From the NCBI GenBank assembly GCA_977017645.1, contig OZ360223.1:131254001-131318000 (forward strand): a DNA stretch of 64,000 nt. The letters are read 5' to 3'. The translations under genes were made by a program, and so were the position numbers. The notes below the pieces were generated by a model. That model was not told where the DNA came from. It was given only the letters and a program-made list of their open reading frames with translations, and did not search any database. The DNA is from Torpedo marmorata. Lineage: Eukaryota. This document shows, piece after piece, positions 61,407 to 64,000 of this stretch (its first letter is position 1; the number at the start of each line of letters is the position of its first letter).

Positions 61407-62508
61407 TTCTTGAATAGGAATCAAATCTAGTCGAATAAAATGAATAATCTTTTTCTCTAGGGTGAATTCTTCTCCATAAATCTATTAGATTTAAATCTCT
61501 CATCAAATCCAATGTTACCTTAGCTGCTTTCATTCTTCTTATTACCTGTGTAGATCTATCTAACAATGGATCTAAACAGAAATTGAAGTCTCCCCCTATT
61601 AAAATATTATCACGTGCCTGTGCTAGATTAAAAAAAGTATCTCAAATTAATTTCTCATTGTCAACATTCGGGGCATACAAATTCAAAAAAGTCCACATCT
61701 CAGAATATATTTGACAATGTACCATTACATATCTCCCTGATGGATCTGTAACAACATTCTGAACTTTAATTGGAAGATTATTTTTTATCAAAATCACCAC
61801 CCCTCTTGATTTAGAGTTAAATGAGGAGGACATTTGATATCCCACCCAATCCCTTTTTAATTTCAAGTGTTCTTTTTCAGTCAAATGTGTTTCTTGAAGA
61901 AAAGCTACATCAACTCCCAGTTTCTTAATATATGTTAATATTCTCTTCCTTTTTACGGGCCCGTTTAACCCATTGACATTAAAATTTAAAAACCTTATTT
62001 ATATATTCATCAAAATATATAAAAAAATATATAACACCTCCCCCTGCAAGTCTCCTCCATACAGTAAATGACTTCATATGTCCGAGCGCACTTCCTCAAG
62101 CAATCCAAAAAAAAGGAAAAAAGACAAATACAAATATAAAAGATATATAATTATACAGTTATACTTATAACAATAACAAAAACCCTCCCAGTAAGTGTTG
62201 TATAGTTTGACAACACTAACTCCCTCTATTTTACGGGTTGTGACTAAAGTCACTAAAACACATATAATCCCACAGTAATCAACCCCACCCCCCCCCCACT
62301 CCTCCCAACTCCCTTGGTATTATTTTTATATCTTAATCACTTCATTAATTCAATTTAAACAATTAATTAATTAATTAATCAACCACAATTAACAAATTAT
62401 CCCAAAAATCAAGGGAAAAAAAAGAAACAAAATACTACTTCAATTTCTTCTGTCTCAATTATACAATTTGAGTTTTAAAAAAAACAGAAAGAGAAAAAAA
62501 AAATTAAA

Positions 62509-63741
62509 TCAGTCTAGCAAATTCACATTGGTCGCAGCTGGCTGCATTGCAGGAAGGTTCCAAGCATATTCCTCCGCTTCATAAGGATTGTTGAAAATTT
62601 TATTTTGTTCTCCCGTAACAAAAACCTTCAAGGTTGCAGGATGTCGAAGAATAAATCTATATCCTTTGTCATAAAGAATCTTCTTAGCTGGGTTAAATTC
62701 TTTTCTTCTCCTTAAAAGATCTTCACTCATGTCACGATAAAACAAAATACTATCCCCTTCCCATTGTAATGGACCATTTCTGTCCCTCGCTCCTTTCAGT
62801 GCCAGACTAAGAACTTTCTCTCTATCTTGATAGCGCAGGAACTTTATCAATATAGAACGTGGTTTCTGATTAGAAGGAGGCTTTGATCTGAGAGCTCTAT
62901 GTGCTCGTTCCACTTCAATTGGATATGGAAAGTTTTCTTCTCCCAATACTTTAGGGAACCACTTTTGAAAAAAGTTAATCACATCCAAACCTTCTTTTCC
63001 TTCTGTAAGACCTACTATTTTAATATTGTTTCTTCTGCTAAAGTTCTCCAAAATATCAACTTTTTCAACAAGCTTTTGATTTATTGATACCAAACCAGTA
63101 ATTGTATTTTCTGTATAAGATACCCTTTGCTCAACTCGTTCTACATCCTCTTGTGTTCCAGTCATTCTTTCTTCCATTTTATCCAGTCTTTTCTTCATTT
63201 TATTTACAACTTCTAATACTTTATTAGTTTCTGCCTTTCCATCTTTAAATCCCTTTTCCATTTGTACTTCCATTTGTACTTGCAATGCCTTAATTTGCTG
63301 CATTATAATTATAGTTTGAGGATTTAATTTAGTATCCTCCATTACCTCCTCTTGTATCTCTTCTTCTTCATCTTCTGCCTCTTCTAACGAACCTCTTCTG
63401 GATCCCATCTCTTCCTCCGGCGCTGACGCTGAAGACCCCGACTTCTCAAGGGTTTGCTGCCCTCCCAGTAATGCTTTGAGCATTACAGCAGTGCGCATGC
63501 GCGGTTTCTCGCGCATGCGCATACGCGTTGCACTTCTGGGTTCCCCACCGACGTCTTCTCTCTGTGGTAATGGCTGAGAGACGCCGGCAGAGGTCCCTTC
63601 CATAGGGTCTAAAAATCGGGTGGCAGCACGAACTCCAGTCCCCTGCTTCAACGTTGCGGTAGGCCTAACTTCTTTCTTCTCCTTTTCTTCCCGTCGGGTT
63701 CCAGGAGTCTCTGTAGTCGCTTTTTCTTTTTTTTGAGGCAT
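62509..63741 (-). CDS. L1 ORF1 protein (coiled coil + RRM + CTD), open frame of 410 aa
   Basis: LENFSRRNNIKIVGL, VERAHR, PRSILIKFLRY and HPATLKV motifs; ATG ~140 bp from the element 5' end. Confidence 0.9.
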   Translation of the reverse strand: MPQKKEKATTETPGTRREEKEKKEVRPTATLKQGTGVRAATRFLDPMEGTSAGVSQPLPQREDVGGEPRSATRMRMREKPRMRTAVMLKALLGGQQTLEKSGSSASAPEEEMGSRRGSLEEAEDEEEEIQEEVMEDTKLNPQTIIIMQQIKALQVQMEVQMEKGFKDGKAETNKVLEVVNKMKKRLDKMEERMTGTQEDVERVEQRVSYTENTITGLVSINQKLVEKVDILENFSRRNNIKIVGLTEGKEGLDVINFFQKWFPKVLGEENFPYPIEVERAHRALRSKPPSNQKPRSILIKFLRYQDREKVLSLALKGARDRNGPLQWEGDSILFYRDMSEDLLRRRKEFNPAKKILYDKGYRFILRHPATLKVFVTGEQNKIFNNPYEAEEYAWNLPAMQPAATNVNLLD

Positions 63742-64000
63742 TATGGAGGTAAAGTAGATGTATTTAAATATCGTTTAAAGATATTTATAAAGTTAAAACA
63801 GTACTTATTTCGGACTTTTTTTACTAATTTCCCAAGGGAGTGAGGAGCTTACGTGTTGATCCTACGGCATCACGTGACGTCCCCTCACTTTGAGTAATGT
63901 TGAGTGAGTAATGAAATCTGACTAGGACCCTGGGAAGAACTCACCTACTCTTTCTTAGGTGAAAGGGTGGATATGGAAAGGATGTTTTCTCTTGTTTCCA

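Larger units (their letters stand above)
59395..63884 (-). mobile_element. L1 of a related family; 5' end intact, 3'-truncated before RT
   Basis: Same 5' terminal motif as 59300; intact ORF1; ORF2 from ATG at 62010 through the endonuclease to HTLPET; nested insertions at 60290-61406. Confidence 0.93.

Overview
Eukaryotic genomic DNA, almost certainly from a cartilaginous fish. The taxon is inferred from the repeat set: HE1-like V-SINEs, DeuSINE remnants, CR1, Rex1/Babar, Penelope, and L1 with long inter-ORF spacers. Most of the window is nested transposable-element debris. No host protein-coding gene, true rRNA/tRNA gene or CRISPR array can be supported. Clearly delimited elements are: a Gmr1-type Gypsy provirus (12161-18036; PR-IN-RT-RH order, RT core deleted) plus three solo/truncated LTRs; one full-length L1 (52543-59300) and a second with intact ORF1; two 5'-inverted L1 insertions; many CR1 and Rex1 copies; a Penelope element and short Penelope-derived inserts; and several MITEs (Tigger-like, Tc2-like, hAT, Harbinger). 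The most interesting signals are: (1) a two-hairpin RNA element with compensatory base changes, conserved in the inter-ORF spacer of two diverged L1 families; (2) a 5S-rRNA-headed SINE with a Rex1-type tail; (3) two independent twin-priming-type L1 inversions; (4) a 146-bp TSD-flanked insert carrying a minimal hammerhead ribozyme. All calls were made by eye. Family names come from recalled motifs, and boundaries without a TSD are approximate.
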